This document shows positions 38,201 through 52,163 of a stretch of DNA of 64,000 bases, in pieces. The position numbers and the translations under genes are program-made. The stretch's first letter is position 1, and the number at the start of each line of letters is the position of its first letter. The DNA is from Azolla caroliniana (lineage: Eukaryota > Plantae > Polypodiophyta), in assembly GCA_043228905.1 (NCBI GenBank), contig JBHGNT010000006.1:18166001-18230000 (forward strand), written 5' to 3'. The notes beneath the pieces are model-generated. The model saw only the letters and a list, made by a program, of their open reading frames with translations. It had not been told where the DNA came from and made no database searches.

Positions 38201-40028
38201 CGTAATATCGGCATCCACCAAGTGTGCTTGTCTGGGCCGGTCCCCATACATCTGAATGTACGACATCCAAGATCCCTTTGCTCACATTTTGCTCTTTTGG
38301 GAATGGATGTCGGCATTGCTTTCCGAACTAGCACGCTTCGCATACGCCCATAATCTCCTGCGCGGTAAAGTTTAGGAGTCCGAGTACGGCTCCTCTCGAT
38401 TGCATGTTCTGAAGTTTTTGGAGATTGATGTGACCAATTCTCTTGTGCCTCAAGTTTAGGTTGGTTTCAACTTTGAGGCCCCTTGTGAACATGGTTGACT
38501 TCACCTCGTTCGATTCGAGGATAAACATACAGCCTTCACGACGACCGTGAGCTACGACTTGACCGCCTGTTTGAAGAAGCACCCGTCGTTGTTGAATCGT
38601 ATTTGCATTCTTTGTTCGACAATCTAGCTAACTGAGACCAGGTTTTTCATGATGGTGGGGACATGCAGTACATTCTTGAGATAGGTTTGTTTGTCGTCAT
38701 TTCGGAATGGGACGTTCCCTATATGTTGTATTGGATGGGTCATGTCATTGCCTGTCTCGACATATCGAGGACGTTCGGGTTTTCGTAATTCCCGAAACCA
38801 ATCTTCATGAGACGTCATGTGGTTGGATGCTCTCGAGTCAACAAACCATACATTCTCTGAGGGTGTCGTGCGTGTTTCACCTTGAGTCGCCATTGAGTGC
38901 ACATTGTGCCTCATCATGAACATTCCGCAATGATCGTCGTAGTCGGAATTTGATGCGGAATTCGTGAGCATTCTGCTACGATTGTCGTAGTCAGAATTCG
39001 ATGCATAATTCGTGAACATTCGACTAGTCGAAGCAGAGTCTTGCTTCTTCTTTCGGCACTCCTCTTCGTAGTGTCCGAGTTTTCCACAGTATACGCATTT
39101 GATTGGGTTATTGCGATTGCTTGGTCCGGCATGATGACTCCCCCTTCTGCCGAACTCTCTAGAGTTGTTCCTGTCTATTTGCCATTGGTGGGAGTTGCAT
39201 ACTTAGATCCGCTTACCATGACAGCCTTGTCCGAATCGACCTCTATTTCCACGGCCGAAATTTCTTCTATCATTCGACTAGGAGTAGAGCATCTGACCCT
39301 CTAGTGCATTGCTCCTTTGTCGGGCATGATTTTCCTCGACCAGCAATATTGACTAGAGATCGAAAAAGGTGGGAGGATTCTCTCTTGCGAGGACGGCGGA
39401 CCTTATTGCATTGAATCGAGGTGCCAAGCCTCCAAGGCATATCTGCACCATTTCTTCATCGTCAATGCCAACATTGATTAACCCGAGGGCATTGCACAAC
39501 TCCTTCATCTTCAAGACGTAGTTGCCAATTGACATGACCCTTTGTTGAATGGCATTCAACTCCTGACGAAGCTGGAGTTTGCGGGCAGCCGTATTGGCCA
39601 CGAAGATTTTCTTGAGATTGCCCCATGCTTCTTCGGCATTTTCGCCTCTCGAATGCCAAGCATGTGATCATGTATGCATGATGCAAGGCAATACAACACA
39701 TGGCTTGCAGCCTGCTCCCATGTTGGGTAGTCAATGTGTGTCAGGTTGGGTTGCGTTTCGTGAGCTCCTTCAATATAGCTCCAGTATCCTTGTCCAACAA
39801 GGTACTGATGCATCTTGTACTCCCAAGATGCAAAATTTGCCCTGTCGAGCTTCTTTTAGGAAGAGCGCTTCCCATCTGAGTATTCATGGTGATTTCTTCT
39901 CTGTTAATAAGCCAGTTTTGTTGACCGTCAGCGTGTACCACAACACAGTCGAATGGATTCGATTAAGCAACCACACGTTCTGATACCATGTAAAGAAATG
40001 GAACTGGTGGTGTAATTCAACGGAAGAT

Positions 40029-40072
<44 letters not shown>

Positions 40073-40275
40073 AACAAAACAGAGAGAGAGAAAGAGAGAG
40101 CTCTTAACAAGAAAACTGTATAGTACTTCCAACAGTAACAAGTTTACAAAGGGTTGGTTTAAATACCAACTAAACTAGGGCAAGGGCCCTTTCTACTATT
40201 TACAAAACTAGCATGGTATGTCCATGAGCTAGTGTAAAACCTATTTCTATGGGAAGTTGAGTTCGACTTTCAACA
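35210..40275 (-). mobile_element. Full-length decayed Copia C-1 (LTRs 35210-35494 and 39989-40275; TSD GCAAA/ACAAA)
   Basis: Paired LTRs with (GT)n/(GA)n tracts; PBS TGGTATCAGAA; WFVDSRASNH, VHSDVWGP and YVDDLVI motifs. Confidence 0.92.
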
Positions 40276-40465
40276 ACAAAGAATGGGGAAAATTTAGTCG
40301 AAGCATGGATACTATTCTTGTAGGCAAATTCTGTCATTGCAAGGAAGTAAGCCCAATCCTCTTGTTGGTAGCTCACGGTACACCGGAGGTATTTTTCGAG
40401 GATTTGGTTGAGTCATTTGGTTTGTCCATCAGTTTGAGGATGGTATGCTGATGACAAGTTTATAG

Positions 40466-43400
40466 TGACAGGAACTGTTCGCTCCGATGAACAACGCTCG
40501 GCCACAACCGAGCTTAGAATAAAACACAAAAAACAGGGAATGAAATGCACGACACAGAGAAGAGAAGAGTACACAAGATGTTAACGTGGAAAACCCAAAC
40601 TCGGGAAAAAACCACGGCAGCCCACAGACCGCAAACTATCACTATATCAGAATGTACAATAAGAAAGCATTGAGGCCATGACCTCGGGATTGCTATCTTC
40701 GCCACAGGCGGCGGTTACAACAGAGGCAACGACCTCTTCCTCTCTCTCTCACTCTCTCTCTGTACACAGTTACGTGCTCTAATCTTGCACAAACAAGAAT
40801 GACAACAACTATATCAATAAGTTTGCCCTAAGTCATATTTATACTAATATGACTTTTCAGCTATTTACAAATATAGCCCCGATGGACTCTTAGAAGACAT
40901 ATTTACGAATATGTCCCTTCATCCGGTGAGCACTCCTCACCGGGCCTACATCATCCGGATCTTGCCGGGTACTCGTCATCCGGTTCTCACCGGGATCTTC
41001 CATGGCCGGGTAGTCCACATCCGGTTCCCACCGAGTCTTCACCATCCGGCTCTTGCCGGGTATTCGTCATCCGCTTCTCACCGGGTCTTCAACATCCGGC
41101 TCTTGCCGGGTACTTGTCATCCGGTGCTCACCGGGTCTTCCGTAGCCGGGTAGACAACATCCGGTTTCGGACTGGGCCTATCGGCCTCGGCTGAGTTTGC
41201 TCATCTGGACTGTTCTTCTCACTTCCCATCCAGAAGGACCTGTTTCCTAACAAACTCCCCCTTCACTCCAGCATGGGGTGTCGCACTAGTCCGATCCGCT
41301 TCCAGCATGCATCCAGCTTGTCGGGTATCAATACTTTGGTCAGCATATCTGATTCGTTATCGGCCGTGTGAATCTTTGTCAGCGCGAACTCCTAGTCATC
41401 TACTCTTTCCCAGATCCAGTGATACCTACGTTGGATATGCTTCATCCGGGAATGGTAGGCTGCATTCTTAGCAAGGTGGATGGCACTTTGACTGTCGCAA
41501 TAGAGCCAGTATTCGTCTTGCCGGATACCGAGCTCTCCAATGAAGTCCTTCATCCATAGTATTTCCTTGTCGGCTTCCACAGCCGCCATGTACTCCGCCT
41601 CCGTGGTTGACAACGCAACCGTCTTCTGCAGCCTCGACTGCCACAAAACAGCTCCCCCTGCATATGTCATTACATACCCGGATGTAGACCGGCTGGTATC
41701 CACATCAGCCGACATGTCCGAGTCAGTAAAACCGTCAAGTTGAGGTTTTCCAGAGCCGAATCGGAGACACATATTTGAAGTACCCTTCAGGTACCGGAGT
41801 ATCCATTTGACCGCGTTCCAGTGCTCCTTGCTAGGATTGCTCATAAACCGGCTCACCACTCCGACTGCGTATCCTATATCCAGTCGGGTACACACCATTG
41901 CGTACATTAAGCTCCCGACGGCAGAGGCATATGGTACCTTCATGATATCAGTCTTCTCTACTTTCGTCTTCGGGCTTTGCTTACCAGATAATCTACAGTT
42001 TTCCGGGAGTGTCGATCCGACCAGTTCCGCTTCTGTCATGTTGAACCGCTGAAGCACCTTTGTCACGTATTTCTCGTGTGACAGCCACAACTGCTTCGTT
42101 GGCCGGTTCCGGATGATACGCATCCCCAGCATCTGTCTTGCCGGACCCAAGTCATTCATTGAGAAGGTCCGGTTGAGAGCCTTCTTCGGCATCCGTATTT
42201 TGGCTTGGTCCCGTCCGACGATCAACATGTAATCCACGTACAGAAGGAGTATAAGGAAGTCGCCTCCTTCGAACTTCTTCACAAACACGCAGTGATCGGC
42301 CTACGTCTTGTGGTACCCTTGATCAGTCATGAAGGAGTCGAACTTCCGGTACCACTATCGGGGAGCCTACTTCAGTCCGTACAGGCTTTTCTTCAACCGG
42401 CATACCAAGTGCTCCTTCCCTTTCTCCACGAATCCTTCCGGTTGCTGCATGTAGATCTCCTCTTCGAGGTCGCCGTGAAGGAATGTCGTCTTCACGTCCA
42501 GCTATTCTACCTCGAGGTCCATGCTTGCCGCTATACTCAGCACCGTCCGGATGGAGGTCATCTTTACTACCGGGGCAAATATCTCGTCGAAGTCCACGCC
42601 CTTCTTTTGCTGGAACCCCTTCACCACGATCCTGGCTTTGTATCTCGGGGGGTTGCCGGCATCTCCCAGTTTCAACTTGTACACCCACTTGTTTCGGAGT
42701 GCCCGCTTTCCTTTCGGCAACTCCACCAATTCGTACGTATGGTTCTCATGCAGGGAATCCATCTCATCCTGCATGGCACTTAACCATTTGCGGTTGTAGG
42801 TGTCATCCTTCGCCTCTACGAAGCTTTTTGGCTCCCCCTCATCGGTTAGCAGCACATGCTCTGCATCCGGAAATCTCCGGGGGGCCTCCTCTCTCTAAGA
42901 GGATATCTCCGTCTTTGGGCTTCGGTAACCGGGTCCTCCATTTTCTCTTCATCTAAATCTGATTCGGGGTCTTGGCCGGTTCCGGTTTCAGCTTCATCTA
43001 CTTCTTCTTCTGCCGGTTCGGTATCCTCACCTTAACCGGCTGGTTCCTCGAGTGCTAACCGGTCTCTTATCGGTTGGGTCTGTTAATCGTAGAGTCGATC
43101 CTCACCGATTGACTCAGAGTTCAGTATCTTCTTCTCTGACTCCCAGTCAACGAGCGTCTTGTCCTCCATGAAGATAATATCTCGACTCCGGAATACCTTA
43201 TTGTCGACCAGGTCCCACACTCGGTAGCCGAACTCATCGTCGCCGTAACCGAGGAATATGCATGGCCGGGTCTTTGGATCTAACTTTCCTCTCCGGTCCT
43301 TAGCAACATGCACGTACACGAGACACCCGAACACCTTCAGATGCCGGTAGGACACTTCCTTACCGGTCCATACTCTCTATGGCGTGTCTCCGTCCAAGGG

Positions 43401-46036
43401 TACTGAGGGTGATCTGTTTATCACATATGTCGCCATCGACAGTGCCTCAGCCCAAAACGTCTTGGATAATTTTGCATGCGCGAGCATACTCCGAACCCTC
43501 TCCAATATGGTCTGGTTCATCCTCTCGGCCAGCCTGTTTAGTTCCGGCGTCTTCGGCACAATAAATTTGATTCGTATTCCCTTCGAGCAACAGTACTCCT
43601 TGAACTTCCCCCGGTATTCACCTCCGTTATCTGCTCGAACCGCCTTCAGCTTCCGACCGATTTCTCTTTCCACTCTCGCGTGGAGCTCTTTAAAGACGGA
43701 TAACACCTGATCCTTCTTCTTCAACGGTGTGGCCCACAACTTCCGGTTGTCGTCATCTATGAACATCACGAAGTATTGCGCTCCGACATGTGACTTCGTG
43801 TCCACTTGACACACATCAGTATGCACCAACTCTAGTGGTGCATTACGTCTCATCGGTGGCCTTGATCGGAAGGAGGTCCGGTTTTGTTTACCGGCCAGAC
43901 AATCAGTGCACTTCTCCAAGTGCACGTTCTTCACTGGAATGAGGTTGTCGTCTGCAAGCCTCTTCATCCCCTTCTCGCTCACGTGACACAACCTCTTGTG
44001 CCACAGCTCACCGGCAGTGTCAGATGCAACATTCACTTCCTCCGGACATAACCGGGCATTCATCAGGTACAACGTGTTTACCTTCTAGGCCCGAGCCACA
44101 ATCAGGCTCCCTTTGTTGAACTTCATAACACCGTTCCGGATGCTACCCGTGTAGCCTTCATCGTCTAGCCGACCGGTTGATATCAGGTTCAGACGAACCT
44201 CCGGAACGTGTCGGACATCCTTCAGCAGCAGCTTGCATCCGGTTGGTGTTGTCAACCACACGTCTCCTATGCCGACAATTCGGCATGTACCTTCATTCCC
44301 CATCCGGACACAACCATGATCACCGACTGTGTAGGATGAGAAGTATTTACGGTACGAGGTAAGGTGGAACGACGCTCCGGAGTTGACCACCCAGGTCATC
44401 TCGTCGCCGACAAGGTTTATCTCACTCTCCTCGGTGATGAACATCAACTCTTCTTCACTTCCTGCGATTGCCATTGTACCCTTCTGGTCCGTTCCCCTCC
44501 GGTCTTTACCAATCCGGTCCGGGGTCCGCTTCGAATCGGTGCCGTCGGATTCCTTGTCTTTTCGAAAATACTGACAATTCTTCTGGAAGTGTCCCGGCTT
44601 GCCGCAACAGAAGCAAGTAGGCCTCCCCCTTGACTTTGACCGTGTCCCCAACTTTTCCCGGTTCTAGGGACTCCGGTTCCTTTGTCTTCCGCGTTCCGAT
44701 TCGGTAAGGAGAGCTTTGGAGTCGGAGCTCGTATCCTTATCTTTTCGACGCGCCTCCTCATCTAGCAAGCTCGACTTCACTCTTGCTAGGGATAACCATT
44801 TCCCTTCCGGCCCAGCATTGCCCAAGGTGACAACCAATGTCTCCCAGTTATCTGGGAGGGAACCGAGCAGGAGTAGTGCTAGTACCTCATCAGCGAGAGG
44901 TACCTCCAATGATGTTGCCTGGTGGATCAGCCCCTGGAAGGCATTCATGTGCTCCGCCATGCTGGAGCCATCTTGGTACCAGAGTCTTACTAGCTTCCGA
45001 AATACCGAAACCTGATTAACAACATTTTTGTTTTGAAACATAATGTCGATCTTCTCCCAGAGCTCATGAGCCTTGCTCTCTTCATTGAAGTTGTTGTATA
45101 GGCTCATGTCGATGAAGCACCGTATGTACGTCGTTGTCTTCCTGTGCATCACCTCCCATATCGTGGCGCCGATTTTGTCCGGTCTCTTGTCCCCGAACTG
45201 AACCGGCAGCCAAAGATCTTTAACCACGAGCATGTCCCTCATCTTCGACTTCCACACCGAATAGTTGGAGCCGGTGAGCTTGAACATGCCTCCCAACGAA
45301 TCATCCATATTCTGTGTCGTTTTGCTCTGATACCAAATTTGACAAGAACTGTTCGCTCCGATGAACAACACTCGGCCACAACCGAGCTTAGAATAAAACA
45401 CAAAAAACAGGGAATGAAATGCATGACAAAGAGAAGAGAAGAGTACACAGGATGTTAACGTGGAAAACCCAAACTCGGGAAAAAACCACGGCAGCCCACA
45501 GACCACAAACTATCACTATATCAGAATGTACAATAAGAAAACACCGAGGCCACGACCTCGAGCTTGCTATCTTCGCCACAGGTGGCGGTTACAACAGAGG
45601 CAATGACCTCTTCCTCTCTCTCTCACTCTCTCTGTACACAGTTACGCGCTCTAATCTTGCACAAACAAGAATGACAACAACTATATCAATAAGTTTGCCC
45701 TATGTCATATTTATACTAATATGACTTTTCGGCTATATACAAATATAGCCCTGATGGACTCTCAGAAGACATATTTACGAATATGTCCCTTCATACGATG
45801 ATCACTCCTCACCGGGCCTGCATCATCCGGATCTTGCCAGGTACTCGTCATCCGGTTCTCACCGGGATCTTCCGTGGCCGGGTAGTCCACATCCGGTTCC
45901 CACCGGGTCTTCACCATCCGGCTCTTGCCAGGTACTTGTCATCCGGTTCTCACCGGGTCTTCCGTAACCGGGTAGTCAACATCCGGTTTCGGACTGTTCT
46001 TCTCACTTCCCATCCGGAGGGACCTGTTTCCTAACA
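40466..46036 (-). mobile_element. Full-length Copia A-3 (LTRs 40466-41252 and 45340-46036; TSD TATAG), few stop codons
   Basis: TATAG on both sides; PBS TGGTATCAGAGC 45324-45335; PPT GAAGGGGGAG; complete gag-PR-IN-RT-RH order. Confidence 0.95.
40920..41170. repeat. CCGG-rich tandem subrepeats in U3 of the Copia A-3 LTR (also 45800-45990)
   Basis: catccggttctcaccgggtctt-like units; copy number differs between the two LTRs. Confidence 0.8.
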
Positions 46037-47081
46037 TATAGAAGTCTCAAATTTCTGCAAAAGTTGTCGCCAAAAGTGGGAAATGAATTGAGAACCTCGA
46101 TCAGAGGTGATATCCTCGAGTAAGCCATGTAATCAGACAACATTTTTAAGAAAAATGTCAGTTGTCTCTTCTCCAGAAATGGTTTTGGAACATGGGACAA
46201 AGTGAGACATCTTCGAAATCCGATCAACGACCAGAGGGAGGTTGGTTATAAAGTCCATGGATAGAGAGGCCCTTGGTTAACCTGGAATTGGGAGTGGGTG
46301 GAGAAAACCATGTGGTTGATGGTGAGCCGTTTTGGACCAAGCAACATACATCACATGTCTTGATAAATTCCTTGACAAATTTCCAAGACTGGGGCCACCA
46401 AAACCCCCGAGATAGCAACGCCAGGGTTTTCGTGACCCCAAAGTGGCTCGCAAGAGGATCATCATGATAGTTTTATACGATATGATCCTTTGGGAACGTA
46501 CAGGAGATGATTACGATACCCGTTTATGATACGATCCTTCGGGAACGTACAAGAGATGATTATGATATAATAAACCATCATGGTTATAAATTGGTTGAGA
46601 TATGATCTTTTTATGTCCGGGGATGGTTCATTGATGCGGGCCATGATGTCTTTGGCGAATGGGTCTGACATGGTTGTTGTGGCGATCTCATTGAGCAAAG
46701 AATCATCATACAACATGTAGGTGGCGAAAATCTAAGGTTGATCGGGCCTGAACAAACAATGGGATTGTTGCGAATATGCGTCATCCCCTGGGCGCAATGC
46801 GAAATCAGTTCGTCGAGAGAGGGCATCAACTTTCCCATGTTGAACTACAGGTCGTAGAAAGATCTCAAAGTCATAGTCAGCGAGAAAAGATGACCGTCGG
46901 GCTTGCCTCTAATTCAATGTATGACTAGTGGTGAAGTAAATTAGATTTTTGTGGTCGGTCATCACCTGGATACGATGTTGGGCCCCAGCCAAATCAGGTT
47001 GCTATTCGGCGAAGGCAGAAATGATTGTTGCAAGCTCCTTGTCGTAGACCAGATAATTGATTTCCGGGGTTGTAAACTTCC

Positions 47082-50000
47082 TGAAGAAGATTATGTACGA
47101 AAGCAATAGAGAACTAAACACGGAAAATACACAGGTTTAATGGAGAGCTTGAATATACACAGTACGCGGGAGAGACAGAGAGAGAGAACACACAGAAACT
47201 CAATTCAAAAAATACTCACTCTATATATACACCATGCTCAGTGAGCACCTTTTATACAAGCCCTGACAATAGGGCTGACACAAGTACTGACAATACTTGA
47301 ATGCTCATAAATGAGCCTACTACACTAACTCCCAAAATTATTCCTTACGAGGAATATCATACTAACGGCCTTCCGGTTTATGCACCGATACGGCCATGTT
47401 ATGCGTACCGATTTACGCACCTAGTCTACACACTGGGTTACGCATCGTATTACGCATGAATGTTGAGCTTGTCTCTCAACACTCCCCCTCAAGCTCAACT
47501 TGAGGTTCCACCTACTCTGCCGGATCTACGCTCTGGTTCCTTCTGGCTTCACGCCTCGCAAACCCTAAACCCTAAACCGGGTCTGGAAGACGGGGTTCTT
47601 AGCTAGCTGGATGCTGCTAAGGTTGTCGCAGTAGATTGTCGTTGGATCAGATACCTCCACCTACAGATCCTTAGGTAGCCATTTCAACCATATGGCTTCG
47701 CATGTCGCGACAGCCGCTCCTCTATACTCGGCTTCGGTGCTCGATAGCGCAACTATCGGCTGCTTCTTGCTACACGCGATCGCGGCACTCCCGAGAGAGA
47801 ATGCGAAACCGGACGTGGATCGATGATTGGCAACGTTTTCGGCCCAATCAGCATCGGTGTAACCGACCAACTGCACGGCAGTATTGGTCCGATATAGTAG
47901 CCCCCGGTCCTTAGTGCCACTGACGTACCGGAGTACACGTTGTGCGCACTGAAGGTGCTCCTCGGTCGGTCGCGCCATGAACTGACTAATCACCCCGACC
48001 GGGTAGTTGAGATCTGGTCAGGTGATGGTCAAGTATATAAGGCTTCTGACTATTTGTCAGAACCTCATCGGGTCGCATACCTTTCCGGAATCGGAGTGAA
48101 GCTTGACGGTTCTATCCAGAAGAGTCGAGACGGACTTACAGTCGATCATCCCAAACTTGAAGAGCTCAGCACGTAATGATGTTGGCTAATCAATATGCCT
48201 TCGGGGGTACGGATCACTTCGATCCCGAGGAAGTAATGAAGGTCCCCCTGATCCTTCATGTCGAATGATGCCGCAAGTTGGAGCTTCACGCGGTCAATCT
48301 CACCTAGGTCGGCGCCGGTGATGACCAAGTCATCAACATAAAGTAAAATGCTAACTGGCTCGAGTCGTCCTTTCCGGATGAACAGTGAGGAGTCTGATTT
48401 TGACGTCACAAAGCCCATCCGACGCAATCGTTGTGTGATCTGCATGTTCCAGGCACACAGGGCTTGCTTTAGTCCGTAAAGGGACTTCTTCAATCGGCAC
48501 ACCGCCGAGGTGTTCGTTCCGAAGTGAAATCCAGGAGGTTGTACCATGTACACCTGTTCCTCAAGCTCACCTTGCAAGAATGCATTCTTTACATCCATCT
48601 GATGTAAGTGCCACCTCTTAGCCGCCGCTATGGCTAGTAGAACACGCACAGTAGTCATCTTCGTGACAAGCGCAAAGGTGTCGTCGTAGTCGATGTCGTG
48701 TTGTTGCACGTAGCCGTTCGCTACTAACCGGGCCTTGTATCGGTTGACCGAGCTGTCGGTGTTGTACTTGACCTTGTACACCCACCTACATCCAATCGGC
48801 TTCACTCCTTTCAGTGCATCAACCAGGTCCCAAGTTTCATTCTCCGCCAATGTGCGCATCTCTTCATCCATTGCGGCATGCCAATTCGCGTCCTTCGCCG
48901 CTTCTACGTAGCTCTTTGGCTCACACACTTCTGCGACACGCATCATGTACGCATAGTGATGCGCCATGTACTCATTGTAACTGAACCGCACCATAGGGTT
49001 CTCCTAGCGGGTTGATCGGTGTAATTGCTCATTAGCCGAAGTTGAGGCTTTCTTGGCCGGCGCGGACTTCGGTCTCAAAGACCCGTCGTCACTTCCCTCG
49101 AAGTCAGACTCGTGTTGATCCGACTCGTTCCTATCTGTATCGTAATACGACACCTTCTTCTTCCCTTTTTCTTTGCGCGTAAGCCGTCTCCTCGGCTTCC
49201 TGCGCGGGGAATGCACAGTCGAGTCTCCACTACTCGCCGGCTCTTCATCGGACTGGTCGAACCGACTCAGTCGTCCATTCGGTCCACTTAACCGAAACGA
49301 AATCGGACTCTCTTTGCGGGTTCCGTTTTCAGGCTCATCCGGAGGCATCTCGGCCTCGTTGAACTCATCGTCAGAACTCGGATTGGAGGTGAGGTCCGGA
49401 GTCGGAGGCAAGTACCAAGACGCGGACTCGTCAAACACAACGTCGCAGCTCACGCGCGCTTGTTTGGTGCGAGGGTTATAACAATTATAACCCTTCTATT
49501 CGTCCGAGTAGCCAACCAAGATACACTTCTCGGCTTTCGTGTCCAACTTCCTTCGTTTCTCCTTCGGCACATGCACATACACAATGCTACCGGAAACTCT
49601 CAAGTGTCGTAGATTCGGCTTCCTTCCGAAATACTGCTCATGCGCCGACACTTTGTCTCTGATCTGATTCTGGATGTATATCGCAGTCTGTACCGCCTCG
49701 GCCCAATAAAACTTGGGCAAGCTCTTTTCCTCCAGCATTGCTCGTGCTGCTTCCACAATCGACTGATTCTTCCTCTCAACCACGCCGTTTTGCTTTGGTG
49801 TGTATCTACAACTGAATTCGCGCCGAATTCCCATTTGTTGCAGATAGTCGTTGAATTGACCGGAAAAGTACTCTTTTCCGCCATCCGACCGCAAGCACTT
49901 AATCTTCCATCCTGTTTCTGTTTCCACGAACCCTTTGAGGTTCCGGAAACAATCGAAGACTTCACTCTTCTTCTCGATGAGATAGATCCACGTGTGCCGC

Positions 50001-52163
50001 GTATAGTCGTCGATGAAGGAGACAAAATATCAACTCCCACCAAGACTAACGTTCTGTGCCGGCCCCCATACATCGGAATGTATCAAGTCGAGCTTGTTTC
50101 GGCTCTGATTACGCTCGTTAGGGAAAAGAAGTTGGTGCTGCTTCCTGAGTTGGCAAGCTTCACAAATTTGTGCCTTCTGGCCACTAAATTTGGGCAATCC
50201 GAACACCACCTGTTTCGATTGCAGGTCTTGAAGCCGTTGATAGTTGACGTGGCCTATCCGCTTGTGCCATAAGTCGATATCCGACTCGACTTTTTGTCCT
50301 TTCGTGAACATTGCGGTGCCACCGTCACTAGAGTCAAGGATAAACATCCTCCCGTCTCTGCGCCCTTGTGCAATAACTCGACCTTCTTCTTCGATGAAGC
50401 ACCCGAGATGCGTGAACCTGACTTGCATCCCCTGGTCGACGATCTGCCCGACCGACACCAAATTCTTCGTGATTGTGGGGACGTGTAACACGTTCATGAG
50501 TTTCCCTTTCTGCTCGACATGGCTCAGGGGAACTTCACCGACATTCGCGATCGGATGCGGAGTGTCGTCTCCGGTTGCGACTACTCCCGGTTGCATCGGT
50601 TTCTCAAGGTATGAGAACCACTCCTCGTGGCACGTCATGTGGTTTGACGCACCGGAGTCGACGCACCACACCTTGTCCGATTTCGGGGTGGACATCTTCA
50701 TCGAGTTTGCTTTGTGTCTCGTCACGAAGGCTGACCCTTTTCCGGCTTTTCCGGACCCTGTGGCATAGTGCGATTGCTACCAATTTCCTTTGTTGGTTTG
50801 TTCGGAGCCTAATCCGGATCCGGTCCTCTCTGAATCGGTGCGCTTCTTCCAGCACTCGCTCTCCTTGTTGCCTTTCTTGCCACAGTACCAACATTCCGCA
50901 ACGGATTTCCCTTGCCGGTTCTCGTCGCCTCGACTCCCCCTGTTTTCGGAGGGTCTCGAATTGCTATCGGCATCACTTCGGTGCCTTCTTCCTTGATCCC
51001 GTCGGCCGCCTCCATTGTGCACCAACTCGCCTCGTCCGCCACGACCACGGGGCATATCTCCCTCCATGTACAACATCTTGTTGTCGACATGCATGCTCGT
51101 CGACGCACTCGCGTGGTTCTCCTCTATAAGGAGCATCAACTGTAGGTCGAAAAACGACGGCGTATTCTCTCGTGTACACAGAGCAGTTCAGAATGCTCCA
51201 AACTTCGACGCTAGTCCCCTTAGACAGATCTGCACCATCTCGCCTTCCTCAACGTTCACATCGATGGAGGTTAAGGAGTCACATATATCTTTGATCTTCG
51301 AGGTGTAATCAGCCACCGACAAAATGCGTTGTCGTAGGTTGCTCAACACTTGTTGGAGTTGAAGCTTTCTGGTTGTAGTGCTTGCGGCGAAAATCTTCTT
51401 CAAATTTCCCCAAGCATCTTTCGGCATTTTTGCATCCCAAATGTAGCTTAGGAGTTGTTCGCCCACACAAGACGCGAAGCAGTACAGTACTCTGTTCGCC
51501 GAATGTTCCCACGCTGGGAAATCTCTGTGTGTCAATTCAGGTGCTGTGTCATTTGCTCCATCGACATAGCTCCAGTAACCATGCCCGAGCAGGTACTAGT
51601 GCATCTTGTAGGACGAAGACGCGTAATTGTTTCTATCGAGTTTCTCGGTAGGAAGCGAGCTAGCCATGCCTCTATCCATTTTGTTTTTCCTGTTCTTCTT
51701 GGTTAGTTTTCTTTTCAAGCTATGTCGGCTGCAGAGGTTCTCAACCCTCGCACTTTGATACCATGAAGAAGATTATGTGTGGAACCAATAGAGAACTAAA
51801 CACGGAAAATACGCAGGTTTAACGGAGAGCTTGAATATACACAGTATGCGGGAGAGACAGAGAGAGAGAACACACAGAAACTCAATTCAAAAAATACTCA
51901 CTCTATATATACACCGTGCTCAGTGAGCACCTTTTATACAAGCCCTGACAATAGGGTTGACACAAGTATTGTCAATACTTGAATGCTCATAAATGAGCCT
52001 ACTACACTAACTCCCAAATTTATTCCTTACGAGGAATATCATACTAACGGCCTTTCGGTTTACACATCGATACGGCCATGTTATGTGTACCGATTTACGC
52101 ACCCAATCTACGCACTAGGTTACGCATCGTATTACGCACGAATGTTGAGCTTGTCTCTCAACA
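47082..52163 (-). mobile_element. Full-length decayed Copia C-2 (LTRs 47082-47481 and 51764-52163; TSD CTTCC)
   Basis: CTTCC on both sides; PBS TGGTATCAAAG; WCVDSGASNH, LWHKRIGH, KARLVANGY and YVDDLVI motifs; RNase H C-terminus deleted. Confidence 0.93.

Noticed and set aside
38931-39025. Novel repeat domain in Copia C-1 gag
   Set aside because: Simple short in-frame tandem duplication in a variable linker of a dead element
47559-47578. Telomere-repeat tract (also 59690-59706)
   Set aside because: Only about two units; common telo-box motifs, not an interstitial telomere array
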